Shown: in pieces, positions 24,301 to 38,199 of the stretch | Layout: each line of letters opens with the position of its first letter | Numbering within the stretch: the stretch's first letter is position 1 | NCBI GenBank assembly: GCA_049999805.1 | Contig: JBNGIO010006236.1 | Coordinates: forward strand, 264,558 to 328,100 | DNA: 63,543 bases | Source: Folioceros fuciformis | Taxonomy: Eukaryota | Reading direction: 5' to 3' | Notes under the pieces: generated by a model | Seen by the model: only the letters and a program-made list of their open reading frames with translations | Database searches by the model: none | What the model was told of the DNA's origin: nothing | Made by a program: the position numbers and the translations under genes

Positions 24301-27300
24301 AGAGAAGTGGAGGAACCTGATCGGAACCAAGATCTAGAGGAGCAAGGAAGTGGTTGCTGACAGAAAGCAAAGCCTCCTCTGGCCATTCATTGAACCAATC
24401 TATCGTGCAACATGATATCAAAGAGGGGAATTGGCGACACCGGGAACGGAATGCTTCTCCCACAGGACTCATACAAATAACAACATGCACATTTTCTCTG
24501 GCCCTGTTTATGAAGGTTGAGTATAAGACATCTTTAGTTTCTAAGTAACCAAGACTTCTTGCATACTCCCGCACTGCCTGCCCTATTCGCTCCTTTTCAT
24601 CCTGAGCAAACAGTCCTGGTATCTCCCCGGAATTCAACAGGTTATTGATGTCTTCCACGAAGCCCTCGTTCACTATTTGGGTATCCGTGAACAGGAATGT
24701 AATCGGCTTGCCATCCACTCCTACATGTATCCTCAAAGGTAAGATCGTAACAAAGTCCAAAAAAGTATGTGTTGTAGCCATCTAACAATATTTGAAGCCA
24801 TGATGTCTTAGGGTAATACGACAATGCCATGACAACCACAGGAAACGCCTCACCTGCAACTTGATATACTTTCTTCAAGTCCTCTCTGAATTCGTTGTTG
24901 CTATAACCTTTAGTAAGCTCAATTTGAAAGCATTTGTACTCCGATAGAGAGCACGCAAACCGGGTAAGACTTTGCTTGCCTGACCCACCGACTCCTACTA
25001 GCATTGCGTTGCCACGTGGTTGACGCAATATCCGTGTAATTCGTGATACATGATCTATGGCATCTTTAAAGAACACCAACCTCATTGCTTGTGTCGTGCT
25101 CATATTGTAGTCCTCCAAATAGTCTTTGAAAAGTAGAGGAAGTTTTGATGCATCTTGCACCTACAAAAATTTGACCAGACACCTGAGAAGTCCTAGCCTT
25201 ACAGCAGTTTATAAAGAGAATGCTCACACATGTCCAGATGGAAAAGCGAGTGCTTGAATCAAAAACCTGTTCGTAACGACGGTCTTCAGCAGCATACCCA
25301 GGTCGAAGGTAATCTGCAAACATTATCACAGAATCCTCAAACACCTCTTGGAATGAAGATATTTCCTCAAAACTCCTTTTCAACAGTTCGTGTAACATGC
25401 CCATAAAGTAACGCCTGTCTTCGTCATTCACCAGACGATCATGGAACACTCTCATACACTCGTGGATCCATAGTGTCCGAAGTACCTTCTTTGTATTGCA
25501 ATCCATTGGCTTCACCATAAGAATTCCCTGACAAACAATTTTTGGGATGAGGAGTCTAGCCTGGAACAATACATGTGATTGAGGCTTCTGAGGATAACCA
25601 ACCTGAAACACCTTTGAAACATCTCGAAGATTGAAAGTGTAATGTGACTTCGTGGGGGTGGGCAGAAGTTCTTGACTTATTCGCATATATATCTCAATGC
25701 TGCTGTCAACAATGGGCTTCAGAAACGATTTACATTCTTGGGCAAATAACTGGAGGAATCCCCCTAGAATACCCCCAAATATTGTGCGCAACGCAGTTTC
25801 AGACGGTGGTTGCACGCATATCATGCTAAAATGCCGGAAAAATCGGGCCGTCACCTGACATGAGAGGCACAAGCCATTTACGTCTGAAGGGCCTTCAACC
25901 TGGCCCAAGGTCCTCTACTATGTAGCAAGCAAACTTTTATTTACGTTCGCATGCACAAACCTCATTGCGGCCACCACCAGGGGGTGCACAAGCTGAAATA
26001 AGGGTCATGTCCTCAATGTCCTTCCATATAAGCAGCTGTCGATCATAGAAGCCCTTGAAATCTAGAAACTGACGTAGAAGTTCTATTGGGGGTTGTGCGA
26101 AGTATCGCTCCCGCTGTGGCATGTTCACATCATCAACAAAGCACGCAATCTTTTTACCAATGGGGGCTCCATACCGTGTTTTCCGCTTCTTCTCCAGTTT
26201 GCTTTCTATGGCTTCCTGCATGCCAGTTCCAAAGTTAGGAAAGATTCGACCAGAGAGCCAATGAGGTCAACATCAAATTTCTGGTCAAGGGCAACCTGTG
26301 TTGCAATACTGGTGGTCTGGGCACTAAAATTCAACACGATCGCCATGTACTTCTCTTTCAGCCGAGCTAAAGTGTCCATGACAATAGCACTTTTCCCAAC
26401 TCCAGAAACACCCTGATATAAAACTGGCCGGTCAACTTCCAGATTGATTTCCAACAGAAAACTCAATCTTGTTGTATCCAAGGTCGGAACAATGAGGGAA
26501 AAGAAGGGAACCCCCACTTTGTACGTGAAAGCTGGTATAACGTCTTCCCATGGTGATAGAAGCTGATCTTTGAAGTTAACATAGAACTCGAACACAGTGT
26601 CCCCTCCTGGAAAAGCTGCCACTGTTTCCAGCTCACCTCGAAAGAAAGAATCAAACTTGTCAATGCTGGGTTGGTCAATGTTGCCCCCAATCGACCATAT
26701 GTAGGCAAAGGCAAATACTCTGTTAACTACTGGGGCCATAACTTCAAGTTCAGTTTCTAGGCCTTTAGCCTGCCACACAAGACCCCTATGTGGCTGAAAG
26801 AGGGCTTCGATGTACTGGCAAAGTGACGTGACAACATTGATGTTCACCGATGGTATGTTTTCCTTGCAATGTACTCGTAGAAATTTTATACCCACATCAA
26901 CGTACGTGTCAAACAGAGTATATAAGTGAGACTCAACAACTGCCGTAAAGGACAACTCCACTTTCAGCCTTTGCAGCCAGGACTGAACATAGGGCCGCCA
27001 TCCTAGCTCTTCTGGTGGAACATATACCATTCCACACCGACTCACAGTGGCAGGAGATGCAACCGCTAAATCTGCCACCTCAAAGAGCATCCGCATGGTG
27101 ATAGGGTTGAGTTTAATACGTTCTCCATTAGGCAAACACAGAATACAGTTGTCATCAAGAACAGTATTTAAGTTTTCAATCCAAATTGCATCGACTGGAC
27201 CGTCAAAAACTACCCACTTTCTATCCATAGTAGCGTCAGCTACACATTGTCGAATTATTGTACTTCCAAGTCCATCGGTCCACTCGTTTGTAAGAAGGTT

Positions 27301-30300
27301 ATATTCACCATATAGCTCACCCATCTTGATCGACTTTGGATTCAACACATACGTATGAACTACTTGGAACTGTTGATTCCTATGGCTTGCCTGGCGGAGC
27401 TTTGTCATGGCTGCTCGAAGCATTTGATAGCAGGTTGTTTTCCCACCGCCTGTTGGCCCGACCAACATAACTCCAAACCTTACATTCATTGTTTCAAAGA
27501 GCTGAATGACCTTGATGACGTATGCCGGAACTGGCTGCAAGCCCACAGCCAAAAGGCACTCTTGTATAGCTACCATTAACTCTCCAAAATCTTGTGCTGG
27601 GATTTCAACACCTGGGAAAAGGTCTGCTATGATGGCAAGGAAAAGACTAACATCTTGCGCCAAAAACTTTGGCAGGTTGCTGTCTTTAAATGCACGAATC
27701 AACACAACGTCTTCATTGAGATCTGGATTAGCCCTTTTCAAGGCACCAGCCATCACAAGTACAGATTTCACGGCTCTCATGCCAAAATCATAGTGGTCCT
27801 GTTGACTTAGCTGCTCACTGGACAGTTTGTATAGTTTTACCATTTTCCTTGAAAGTATCTTGGCGTTTGCAAAACCCTCTGAAAAGAGCATCACCTCTGC
27901 TACCAAAGCGTAATCTGGGATCATCATAGATACAGACCTGAAGAGGACCTTAAGGTTATCTGGAAGTTCAGTTCGACCAGCATAGCCCGGATTCATGGTG
28001 ATAAACACCCCACACGTCGGAAGAAGCTTAATCTCCCTCCCTTCAAACATAAATTTGCTCACCCGACTTTTCAAAGCATTCTGTATCGTAAGCAGTTGTT
28101 GAGCAACCACAGAAAGGACTTCAATATCAATCCTATTGAATTCGTCAAAACAAGCCCATGCACCACATTGTGCCAGCCCAGCAAAAAATTTCCCCATAAA
28201 CTGGTCGCCAATTCACAAGCAGGGAATTAGAATATTTTAGTAGATCTGAAGTACATACAGCATATCGTCATCCATTCTGATCATACTAATGTCTTTCCAC
28301 TTTCAAAAACCGAATAACTTGCCCGTACATACCTTGTAGTCCAGATTATCACCACAGTTGAAGACCACACACTGAATGCCTAAAGCCTTCCCAAGGTCCT
28401 TCGTAGTTTCTGTCTTTCCTGTTCCAGCAGGACCGGCAGGAGCCCCTCCAAGCTTCATGTGTAGAGCTCCAGTCAAGGTCATGTAGCAACGGTCTGTCAA
28501 GGGTGTGATCACAAGGCGGGGCTGAGCTCCTAAGTATTCATATGCATAGGTGAAACGGGCATTGGTTTGGCGAACAACACAGTCGTCCAGCTCATCATCC
28601 CAGTAATACCTTAGCTGCATTTGCCAGCCAAACTCTGTGGACTTGAAAATTTTATCTCTGAGACCAGAGTAGACATCAGAAATGATTTATCAGAAAAAAG
28701 ACGGACTGTTTTATCACTAGTTCCACTCCATGGAGAAGTGCATGGTCCAGTAAAAGGCAATGTTGTGACACCTGACCTACCTCACCATGGTTTCAACAAT
28801 GTCTCTTGCATGGACATCAATGGTAATCAGGGCAGTCAAAATTTTCCGTTCTAATGCAAGAAGGTCCATTCGCACCAATACGGACAAGTCCGCGAGTTGA
28901 GTGATACAAAGATCCCTAAACTTCACAAGTCCTGCTTCAACATCAACACTCGCAAGCGCTGCCTCGACTGCTTCAGACCAGTACACCTGACTGATGAGCA
29001 CTACGATTTGAGCAGCGTGCTTAAGCACCCATTCTTTCCTTGCCCGTTTAGCATAATCAATGTGTGCCGCCTTTGACAACCTGCCGCAAAACTGCTGAGA
29101 GTTGTTAATGCTTGTCAAGTGGTGAAGTGTTGATACATGGACGGGAACAAAACTGGGCAAGCTCAGTGCCTAAGAGTCTACAATCACTGTCAAAAGTCAG
29201 AATACCTTCTCATGCTAGCCACCATGGCCTGTTCGACAGATGTCAGCCAGTTTTCTACATTGCCCCGAGCCTTGAGGTTCTTGCCCAAGGATATCCTCTC
29301 CCCTTCCCCAGAAATCATCCCATAAATATCTATACTTTTAGGGTCCTCTCCAAAGTCCAATCGTCTGATCCCGTCTGCAGTGCATCACAAAGCCTCACCA
29401 CTATACACAAATTATCGTATTCAAAACAATTGAGAATGCCTTCAGTGCTTCGTGGAAAGTATCGTAACGCAATTACCAAAGCATTTTGACATGTGAGGCT
29501 GAACTGCTTGGACATTTCTCGTTTGAGCCAAGATTTCCAATAGCTCATCATTTGATAGAAAGTAGAAGCGAGGAAAAGCCATGCGCTTTGTCTCCAAGTA
29601 GTCCTCCAAATTTTTCTGAATCTGCTCCAAAGTTTCATTACTTCGTTGAAAAGCTTCTAACCACCCAGGAGTTGTGCCAGCCTGCAACGCATTTGCCCTG
29701 AAAATGTGGCGAAAAGTAGTCACGAAATAGCACTTGGACAACACTTGCGGGCTTGCCGAGACAACACAACAACATCCCATCAAACTTACTAAACAGGATT
29801 GACAGTTGCAGTGACATGCCTATCATGTGTACGTTTCATTATGTCTTTGAACTGTTTGTCTACAGCATTAAACGCTTTGCTTTCATTGGGCAGTTGTCTC
29901 TGGATATCTGGGGCGCTGAAAATACTCTCCAAGTACATCCACTGCTTCTGGCATTCCAGCCACTGATCCAAAACTTTACCAAAATGTTTCAATTGATTTT
30001 CCATCTTTTCCACCTCGTTCCGGATTCCACCGACATATCTGCTTAAAGGAACGGTTCAGAATGTTCAGACGCACCATGAGTGTCACGGTGTCACGTGAGG
30101 ATATACCTTGATGAGGTAACTGTATTCATCGTCACCATAGAATCTTCCAGGGCAACTATGACATCATCAACACCTCCCAGCACATATGTGTCTTTGAAGT
30201 CCTTGTATTGCTTAACAACAAACTCAATGGTCTGCCACTGTTCTCAGGAAAGGAGACACAGACGTTTTTTATCGCCCACAATACCTTGGACATTAACACG

Positions 30301-33300
30301 CACAGCACATTTCCTTACTAACACCATTCCAGGACTAACGGTTGCACTCTCACCTTATCTTGAACTTTGTTAAGCAGCTCTTCGAGAGCTTCTTCTTGTG
30401 TTGCCTCATTTGATATAGTGCTGATGCCGCTTTGGAAATCCATCACTTTGTACTCTAGAAGCTTACCCAAAGTCAAAGGCTGGGTCTTGTCAAACTGCTC
30501 ATATCAACAACAAACAAATCAAACGACTGACTACTTCGGCGGCCAAAACCTACAACACCAGGGCAGTTCAGACAGATTGTGGCCGTGGTGAAACTGATGA
30601 GATGTTGCGGCCAACTCTCGGCATCTAACAAAAGAAGAGAAGGATTACCTTTCGACCAATTTCAGCTTCAATTTTCCTCCAGTGCCTTTCTTTCAAAGCT
30701 TTATTCCGAAGGCTTTGAATAGCAGGAAGGGTACGCCGAAAGTCATCCACCATCTTCCGCAAGCGCTGAACCACGGGGTTCGCAAGGATGCCTCTTTCTA
30801 GCTTCACAGCAAGCTTTGCATATCTGGAAAATGGCAGTGCCTAAATAATCAGTACTGTCACTCAGACTTACACCTGATATTCTGTTCAAAGGTAGGCGTA
30901 GAAGAAGAAGTACTTTGTGATGGTCGCTTCGACTTCTTCAATTTCTAGTTTCTCAAATAGCATATTTGACCAGTTGGCCGACTTTTCTATCAGATCTTCT
31001 AAACCGAACCATAGGGAATATCTCATGTCGACCTCATCTGCAGCTTGGGCTAAGTCGTCCAATCTTGACTCCTCCACCTACATCAGGATGCAGTCCAAGA
31101 TAGTTGAGCACCTGCAGCAGCAGCACTTGATATAGACCCCACAAAATGTAGGCAAGGTCACCTGAAATAGTAACTGATACTGATGAATGCGGTTGGCTGC
31201 TGCTTTCTGAACCGCAATGTCCTGAGACAGTTTCTTGACGTACGCCAACACAGTTTCCTTGTCAGCAATTGCTGCAGAAGTACAAAACTAAAATCAGACC
31301 CTGCGCTAGATGTCTTGTGCGGAACACAAACAGCTGTTTAAAGACAGTGGAACTGAATGTGTACTGTCATCAAGAATCATTTTGTGCTGAGCTGCCTGCC
31401 GAATATCTGCAACCTGGTTCCGTAACGAGACCACCTCCTTTGCAAGATCAGCACTGAAGTTTTTTATATGATCAGCTTTTCCCAGCTCTGCAGCCTCCAT
31501 TGCTGCCTTCATTGAGTTGAAGTCAGCGTTCATCATCTGGTAGGACGCATACTGATAGTCCGGCACGGGGATTTTGAACTCATTCATAACCATGTATATT
31601 TCCACGATGTCATTGTACTTCTGTGTGTGGTCATCTTTCTTCTCATGCATTGTCTGTAATCCAGAACCCATGTTTAAGAAAACACAAATACCGAAATGGT
31701 CTAAACAGATGTTTAGAAAGGATTTAAAAAAACTTGGTTGTTGAAATGCATCAAACGACCTGAAGAAAATCAGCGATTGCTACAAATTCTTCCACTTTCG
31801 TCGGTTTGACCGTCAATCTTTTCTCAGCTTCGTGAACCTCATCTATAAACACCTGGTTCGAACGAATCCCTCAGCATCCAGCTCACTGACCATAAAATAG
31901 CTGACTCATTTGCACATCTAGAAGTTTTCTGCACTGACACTATCTGAGAAACAACACAACAGTTGAGTAAATCCACGAGACAGTCAACCTGATAACTCTG
32001 GGCACCCATTTGTGGAAGCAATGTATGAATCGCCTGAAGACACTTTTGAGGAAATGGAAGAAGCGTTGCCTTCAACTGTACACTACTTAGATGCAGGATG
32101 CCCTGGGCCAGTCACCTCATACTTCAGAGCCAGAACTAAACCTGTCTCTCTTGTATATCCGTAGCTGAGCAGGATGCATATTTGGTGCTTACCAAGTCAT
32201 TGCTGAAAGGCAAAGCATTGATATCCTCAATCTGCTTCAAGAGGCGATTCATATCTTCCCTAAAGTGGTCCAGTGTTCTTGTTCCAGCTTTGACCTGTTA
32301 AAGGGGGATTGCTGGTCTATAAGTACTCACGGAGCGGCAGGAACTCAGCAAGCCTGGGGAAAGAGTGACAAGGTAAGCAGCAGTTGCCTTTTTCCACAAA
32401 CGCACATCCGACATTTACTACTAACCTCTTGCTCCAAGGATTCAAATGTCATACTTCGGTTTGCAATACACAACTCTACATAGGGCATGAAAATGGCTTT
32501 CACCACTTCCGCATCCTAATTTGAGACAGCGGCAGGGCTCAGCATGCCATCAAACCGAAGAGGAACCAGCAGATTGCAGGATGTAGCATATAGCAAAGTA
32601 CGAAGCAGACTCTGTACAACATGTTCCGACAAAGCAAATACGGGGAAAAATCCAAGAATACCTTGAAGGCGAGTGCAAGAGATCCCTTAATCGAGGAGTT
32701 CAGTGCACCTAGCTGAGTTTCACCAATCAAATCTGTGTAAGGTGCTAGATTTTCTACATCTGCATCTCCCTTATCCACCACCCCATCCAGTTGAGGGTGA
32801 AAGAGAAGTCTTTGCAACGACCTTAACAGGTCAATCATTCCCTTCAAAAGCAACTCCAACTGCAAGAAGGCTCAACCGAATCAGTTGCCGTAGAATGCCA
32901 AGGAAGCTTGCAATGCTGAAATCGAGGTTATCAGCTGACCTTTTTCTCGATTTCCAAGTATGAAGGAGCAATCACCAACTGATCGTTTTCCAGGACAAGA
33001 GCCAACTCAAAAAACTGTTCGAGAACTGCTTCCTTGCTTTTGTCTGTCAGCTTAGGCAGTACACTTGGGCGGATTCTGCTTGAACTTCTCTTTGATGCAT
33101 CTTTCTTGGGTGCTTCTTTAATAGTGGACGCCTTCTTTTTCACTGAGTCCCTCTTCTTCGTGTCTTTAGGTGGAATGGATAGCCTGCCTGCCAAAGGCTT
33201 TTCAACGGCTGGAACAGACTTCCTCACAGAATGATGAGCCACTTTCCGAAGTAAGTCGGTCAAGGAGCTAGTGAGGATCTGGCGAAGAGTGTCAGCAATG

Positions 33301-35501
33301 AGGTAGTCTGCAACTCTGACGAAGTTGATTAGCCTGGTTTGTTCAGACCTCTTGGCAGCAGCAATCAAGTACGCAAATGTCTCCTGATTCTCTTTTGCCT
33401 CAAGTGCCCTTTCTTTATCCCTCTTCCATTTGGCAGCAACACTCGCCATTTTCATGCCATCATTGTCTTTGTGGATGGACTGAGCAATTAGCTCAACCTT
33501 GGGAGAACCACTGGACATGGCATCCTTTTGGTTCTGGCCCATAATCTCCTGTTCCAGCAAAGCAAGGTCTCTTATACAAGCTTCCCTCATTGCTGCAACA
33601 GATCCAGTCGTCAGCTGCAATGTAAACAAAAGGCCACCTTTTATCATCGAAGGTCAGCACAAGATTGCATGTACCAAACCAGTGTCGTAATGTGCAGTCT
33701 GATAAAAGGAGGAGAACAAGAACCTGAAGAAGCTGTGAGACGCACTCCTCCCTTTTGGCATCTTGCGCCTCAAGGAACTTTTCCAGCGTGTATATGACCC
33801 CCACTTCAAGCTTGAGAAATCGCAGCACTAACAAATTTTCACAAATCTGAACACAAATTAAGAGAGTCCTTCTGAACACTGAAGACCCGAAAGACGAAAT
33901 GCAAGCACAGCATATTTTGCATACTTCATCCTGATCTAACACATTCTGCTCTCCGTGGCTTCAGAGGAAAATGAGGGGAAGATGATGGAATACCCCTCGA
34001 ATCTGCAGAAGGACCTTCTGGAAGACGGGATTAAGGGTGAAAAGCAGCTTCTGCAGAGACTTGCTTGCTATTATCTTTTTCTTCCTTCTTACAAAATGCT
34101 TCCAAACGGCAAACGACTTCCATTTCTTGTACTGCAGGTACAAGCCGAGAGAGGTCAATAAGCTCTGGAATAAAGGAGGGTGGGCTGACAACCGTCAACC
34201 TCTAGCTTCCTAGAGCAGCCAACCGTGTGGGAGGGGGAAGACAGGGCGCAACGGTGGGCACCTGAAAGAAAACGTTGAGCTTGATTATGCACTTGTAGAA
34301 ATGATAATCACTCTCCCACTGATCTAAAGTCACGAACTCTGCATGCCGAAAATATTTCTTTCAACACCACTGCCGCTGCTGCTGCTTCTAGTGCTGCTGC
34401 CTGAGGTTTGAGTAAAAGACTTCTAACCTGCATCATTGTCGCGAAACAACGTGACACCTACAGCGCTCATGGTGTAGAAAAACGGACTGTCCAGCTCGCT
34501 ATGCAGCACAATATCAAGGTCGTAAGGGTCGAATTGCGGAGACTTGGTCTTTGCAGGTTGCAGGTATATGAAGTCCCTATTTTCAGGGTTTTGCCTCAGA
34601 TGGTCTGGTATCCCCAAGCGTTAACGCAACAAACCTGAATCCGTGGCAGGGCAAACCTTGCAAGCATCATACACATTCTGCAACAGCAAGCTACACTGCG
34701 TAACAATTCTCTTCCCCAGGATACACATAAACTCCATCCAGGTGTAACGCCTGTCCTTCTCCCCCAGCCCGGGCTTATCGAACTTGCTGGTCCTCCAGGC
34801 CATGAGCGGGTGACTCCCCTTGACCACGTGCTCCTTACTAGGCGAGCAGGTCCTGGCATGCGACACCCTCACCCGGAGCGGGGTACCAGCCCGCTTCTCC
34901 CCGACGCTGGGCCCAGCCTTGGCTGCATCCACAGCGGCAGCAGGAGGCGCCTCTGCCGCGGGTGCAACAGACGTGGACGCCCCGGCTGCGACAGGAGCCC
35001 GCCTGAGGGCCATCGGAGAGCTCCCGGGCGTGGCGGGCACGGTGACCCCGATCTCCGGCGGGACCGGTCTCGTCTGCCCCACCTTCTGGAAGATGGCATT
35101 GTTCTGCCGCGACACCCCGGGCGTGTCCAACACAAAGCTGTGGCTCCTCAGCCGCTCCCCCGTCGCCGACCTGGTGGGCAGGCCCCCGCCCGTCACACTC
35201 GCCTTGCGGAAGCTCAGTGACGTCTTCCGCACCACGCTGCAAAGAAGGCTCCCATCAGTGCCCTGGAAAAGCAACGGGCCCGTACATCGCGCACGCAATC
35301 CAGGGAGATGTAGTGCCTTGTGGAGCGCGAGGTGCGGCGGGAGGTCGCCTTGGGCGCCGCGTCCTCCTCCGCCGGCGCCCACAGTCGGATTCTCTTCCCT
35401 CCCCCGCCGTGCTGCTGCTGCGAGAGAAAGAGGCGGTTCTTGAAGCTGTGCGCCGGGGACGGTGAGGCGGGCAGGCTGATGTCCATGGCGCTGGGATCCA
35501 T
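18340..35501 (-). CDS. DNAH6: Axonemal inner-arm dynein heavy chain, DNAH6-like, with many short introns (roughly 40); 5' exon structure uncertain
   Basis: AAA1 GPAGTGKT and [12 protein letters not shown]2 [11 protein letters not shown]3 [11 protein letters not shown]4 GVGGSGKQ, stalk/[30 protein letters not shown], and C-terminus [18 protein letters not shown]...LLCQL. The N-terminal FVTLDQW..WK.F.VWK..VR segment is typical of this clade. Subfamily assignment is by recalled motifs, not phylogeny. Confidence 0.9.
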
Positions 35502-35961
35502 GCCGGCCGAAACCCAACCCAGAACCAGAAGCGATCACGCCACGGCCTGTGCGCCAGCTTCTGCGTCCTGGCAGTTGAATCCTCGTCCATGCATTCCTCG
35601 TCCCGCTTTCCCACACCCCGGACACATCATCTCCATAATATACCTGCCTCCATAACATTAGGTTCCTACTTAAATCCTTCATTAATTATCTATCTCTAGC
35701 CTTAGATCTGTATACCTCCGTTGATACGTGTATTGTAATATTTACATATTTTATTGGATAAAAGATGGAAGATTTATCTACCCTAGAAATGGGGGAGGAA
35801 CAACCAAAGCCCTCCATAGGCCAAAAGGGACTAGCCCCTCAAGATATCATTCCCATAGCTACCTATCCCTCCCATATTGGGGATGCTAAATTAAGAAGGG
35901 TTTGCCCACCTACTACTTATGTTGATGAAAGCACTAGACCCACCCTTGTTCTACAAAATTG

Positions 35962-36142
35962 CATTGGCCAACACCCTTTGTAGAAACCACTAGACCAATG
36001 CTTGTCCCCCATACGCACTCTTGTCCACTAGACACACATTGGCCAACACTCTTTGTAGAAACCACTAGGCCTACACTTGTCACTGATCTACAAAACTACA
36101 TTGGCCAACACCCTTTGTAGAAACCACTAGACCCACACTTGT
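35962..36142. repeat. Three copies of a ~44 bp unit with variable spacers
   Basis: cattggccaacacyctttgtagaaaccactagrcc....cttgt at ~35962, ~36037 and ~36099. Confidence 0.85.
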
Positions 36143-36459
36143 CCCTCCACATTAGCAGACAATGTTTGTAAAGCTTATAGAGTAATGTCTATGTGGAGCT
36201 ATCAAAAGAAGACTACCACCTAGGAAAGTGGGAGAACCTCATTCATTGATACACCTTCGCACACTACTTTGTAAGTCTTGAAAAGTCCTTGCCCATGGCC
36301 CCATAGGGCTTAAGGGTAGGGGGATGAAAACATATTTATTCTATAGGGAAGAGTTGTGCAAATTTATTAGGAGGAGGTACCTTTTATAATTGCTTTTAAG
36401 CTTAGTTAAAGGATCGTACAACACTCTTACTATAGCTCTAACCCTAGCAGCCCAGTAGT

Positions 36460-37110
36460 TTTGCGCTTATGAGCCTAGCTATTGTGAGCTTGTGAGCCTA
36501 CTAGCTGTGAACTTATGAGCCTACCAACTACAAGCTTGTGAGCCTACTNNNNNNNNNNTAGCTGTGAACTTATGAGCCTACCAACTACAAGCTTGTGAGC
36601 CTACTCGCAAGCAGCTTACAAACTCACAAGTAGCGCATAGACAACTCTCAACTCATACGCTCATAGGCTCGTAGCTGCTAGGCTCACAAATATGGTAAGC
36701 TCATAGGATCACAGCTGGTGGGTTCAAAGGCTCATAGCTGCTAGGTTCATAAGCTCACAGCCACTAGGCTCACAATTTCACTGCTGGTAGGCTCACAAGT
36801 TGAATTGCTTGTGAGCATATGGTGAGCTTGTGAGCTAAGAGTGAGCCTACATGCCTGGGAGCCTTTGTGTGTGCTTGCCAACCTGTGAGCATGCCAACTT
36901 GTGTGCTTGCCTACTTGCGAGAGAAGCATACGTGAAAGCACAACCTGTGAGCATGCCAACTTGTGTGCGTGCCTACTTGCGAGTGAAGCTTGTGTGTTAC
37001 CTGCCTGCGAGCAAGCTTGCTTATTGTATGCATGCAAGCCTATGAGTTGGCCTACTACAAGCTTGTTCTACTATGAGGTTGTTCATGAGCCTGTAAGCTC
37101 CTAGGAGCTT
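36460..37110. repeat. Degenerate short-period minisatellite (gcttgtgagcctac-like), with an inverted segment ~36610-36800
   Basis: Many gcttgtgagc/gagcctac motifs; reverse-complement forms (gctcacaag, taggctc) in the middle. Confidence 0.75.
36549..36558. other. Assembly gap (10 N)
   Basis: N run flanked by identical 47 bp sequences (36502-36548 and 36559-36605). Confidence 0.97.
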
Positions 37111-37159
37111 GCTTCTAAGCCTTTTAAGCAATAGTTGCAGCTTCACAGCTACTAAATCC

Positions 37160-38196
37160 TCAATGAGCAGAAACATGATAGTTTACAACGAACCCGTTGT
37201 AAAACACCTATTATAAATGTACCTCCATATTTATTTATATTTATATAATATAATATAATATATATAATTCATATATATATATATTTAAAAATATAATTTC
37301 CTTTACAATTGGGATGTTGTAAAAGGTTTTGTAAAATAGGTTGTTGTAAAGTGCATCATAATTATATTGAGACGTCTTAAACGAAGGGTTGTTGTAAATG
37401 GTATTGAGACGTCGTAAAACATCTGTTATAAATGTACATCCATATCTATTTAGACTTATATGAATTATATATAATTCATATATATCTATTTAAAACTATT
37501 ATTTCCTTTACATTGGGATGTTGTAAAAGGTTTTGTAAAATAGGATGTTGTAAAGTGCATCATAATTATATTGAGACATCTTAAACGAAGGGTTGTTGTA
37601 AATGGTGTTGAGACGTCTTAAACGAAGAGTTGTTGTAAATGGTTTTGTGAAATAGGTTGTTGTAAAGTGCGTCGTAAAATAGATTATTGTAAAGTGCATT
37701 GTAATTACATTGAGACGTCTCAAACTAAGGGCTATTGTAAATGGTTTTGTAAAATAGATTGTTGTAAAGTGCATAATAATTACATTGAGACATCTCAAAC
37801 TAAGGGTTGTTGAAAATAATTTTTCAAAATAGGTAACATGGCAAGAATTGCTGACTAGGTATGAGAGCCACATTGTTCATTTGTATGGGAGCCACATCAT
37901 CAAATGATCGATGTGAGACTTCTTAGGTATGGGAACCATATCATCAAATTATGCCATGGTATCATATGGTGATGTGGCAAGAAAATTCCTCGTGTTAACA
38001 ACATGTTGCATTATAGTTTGCTGATATGACGATGATGTAGTGCCTCGTCACCACTTTGTTGATGTGGTGCCACATCAGCAATTTTACAGTGCTATGAAGC
38101 TCTCGATTTACAATAGTGCAATTTGAAAAATTTAAAACGAGCTATTATAGAATACGTTGTAAAAACCATTGTAAAAAGGCTAATTTTCTTGTAGTG
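37160..38196. mobile_element. Non-autonomous CACTA (En/Spm) remnant
   Basis: Right end TTTTCTTGTAGTG (38184-38196) is the reverse complement of the CACTACAAGAAAA TIR. Interior is full of gttgtaaa/tttacaac subterminal-type repeats and a ~205 bp duplication. Left TIR degraded; no TSD seen. Confidence 0.65.
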
Positions 38197-38199
38197 AAA

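Noticed and set aside
18340-35501. Dynein as contamination or horizontal transfer
   Set aside because: Intron size and style match the neighbouring plant genes, and flagellated-sperm plants natively retain inner-arm dyneins.
34810-35655. Several overlapping + strand ORFs at the dynein 5' end
   Set aside because: Explained by high GC content and few stop codons; no independent gene signals.
35962-36142. Repeat-spacer-repeat pattern resembling a CRISPR array
   Set aside because: Only three units, unequal spacers that share sequence with the repeat and flanks, eukaryotic context and no cas genes; an ordinary degenerate tandem repeat.
36502-36605. Perfect 47 bp duplication
   Set aside because: Flanks a 10 N gap, so most likely an unmerged contig overlap.
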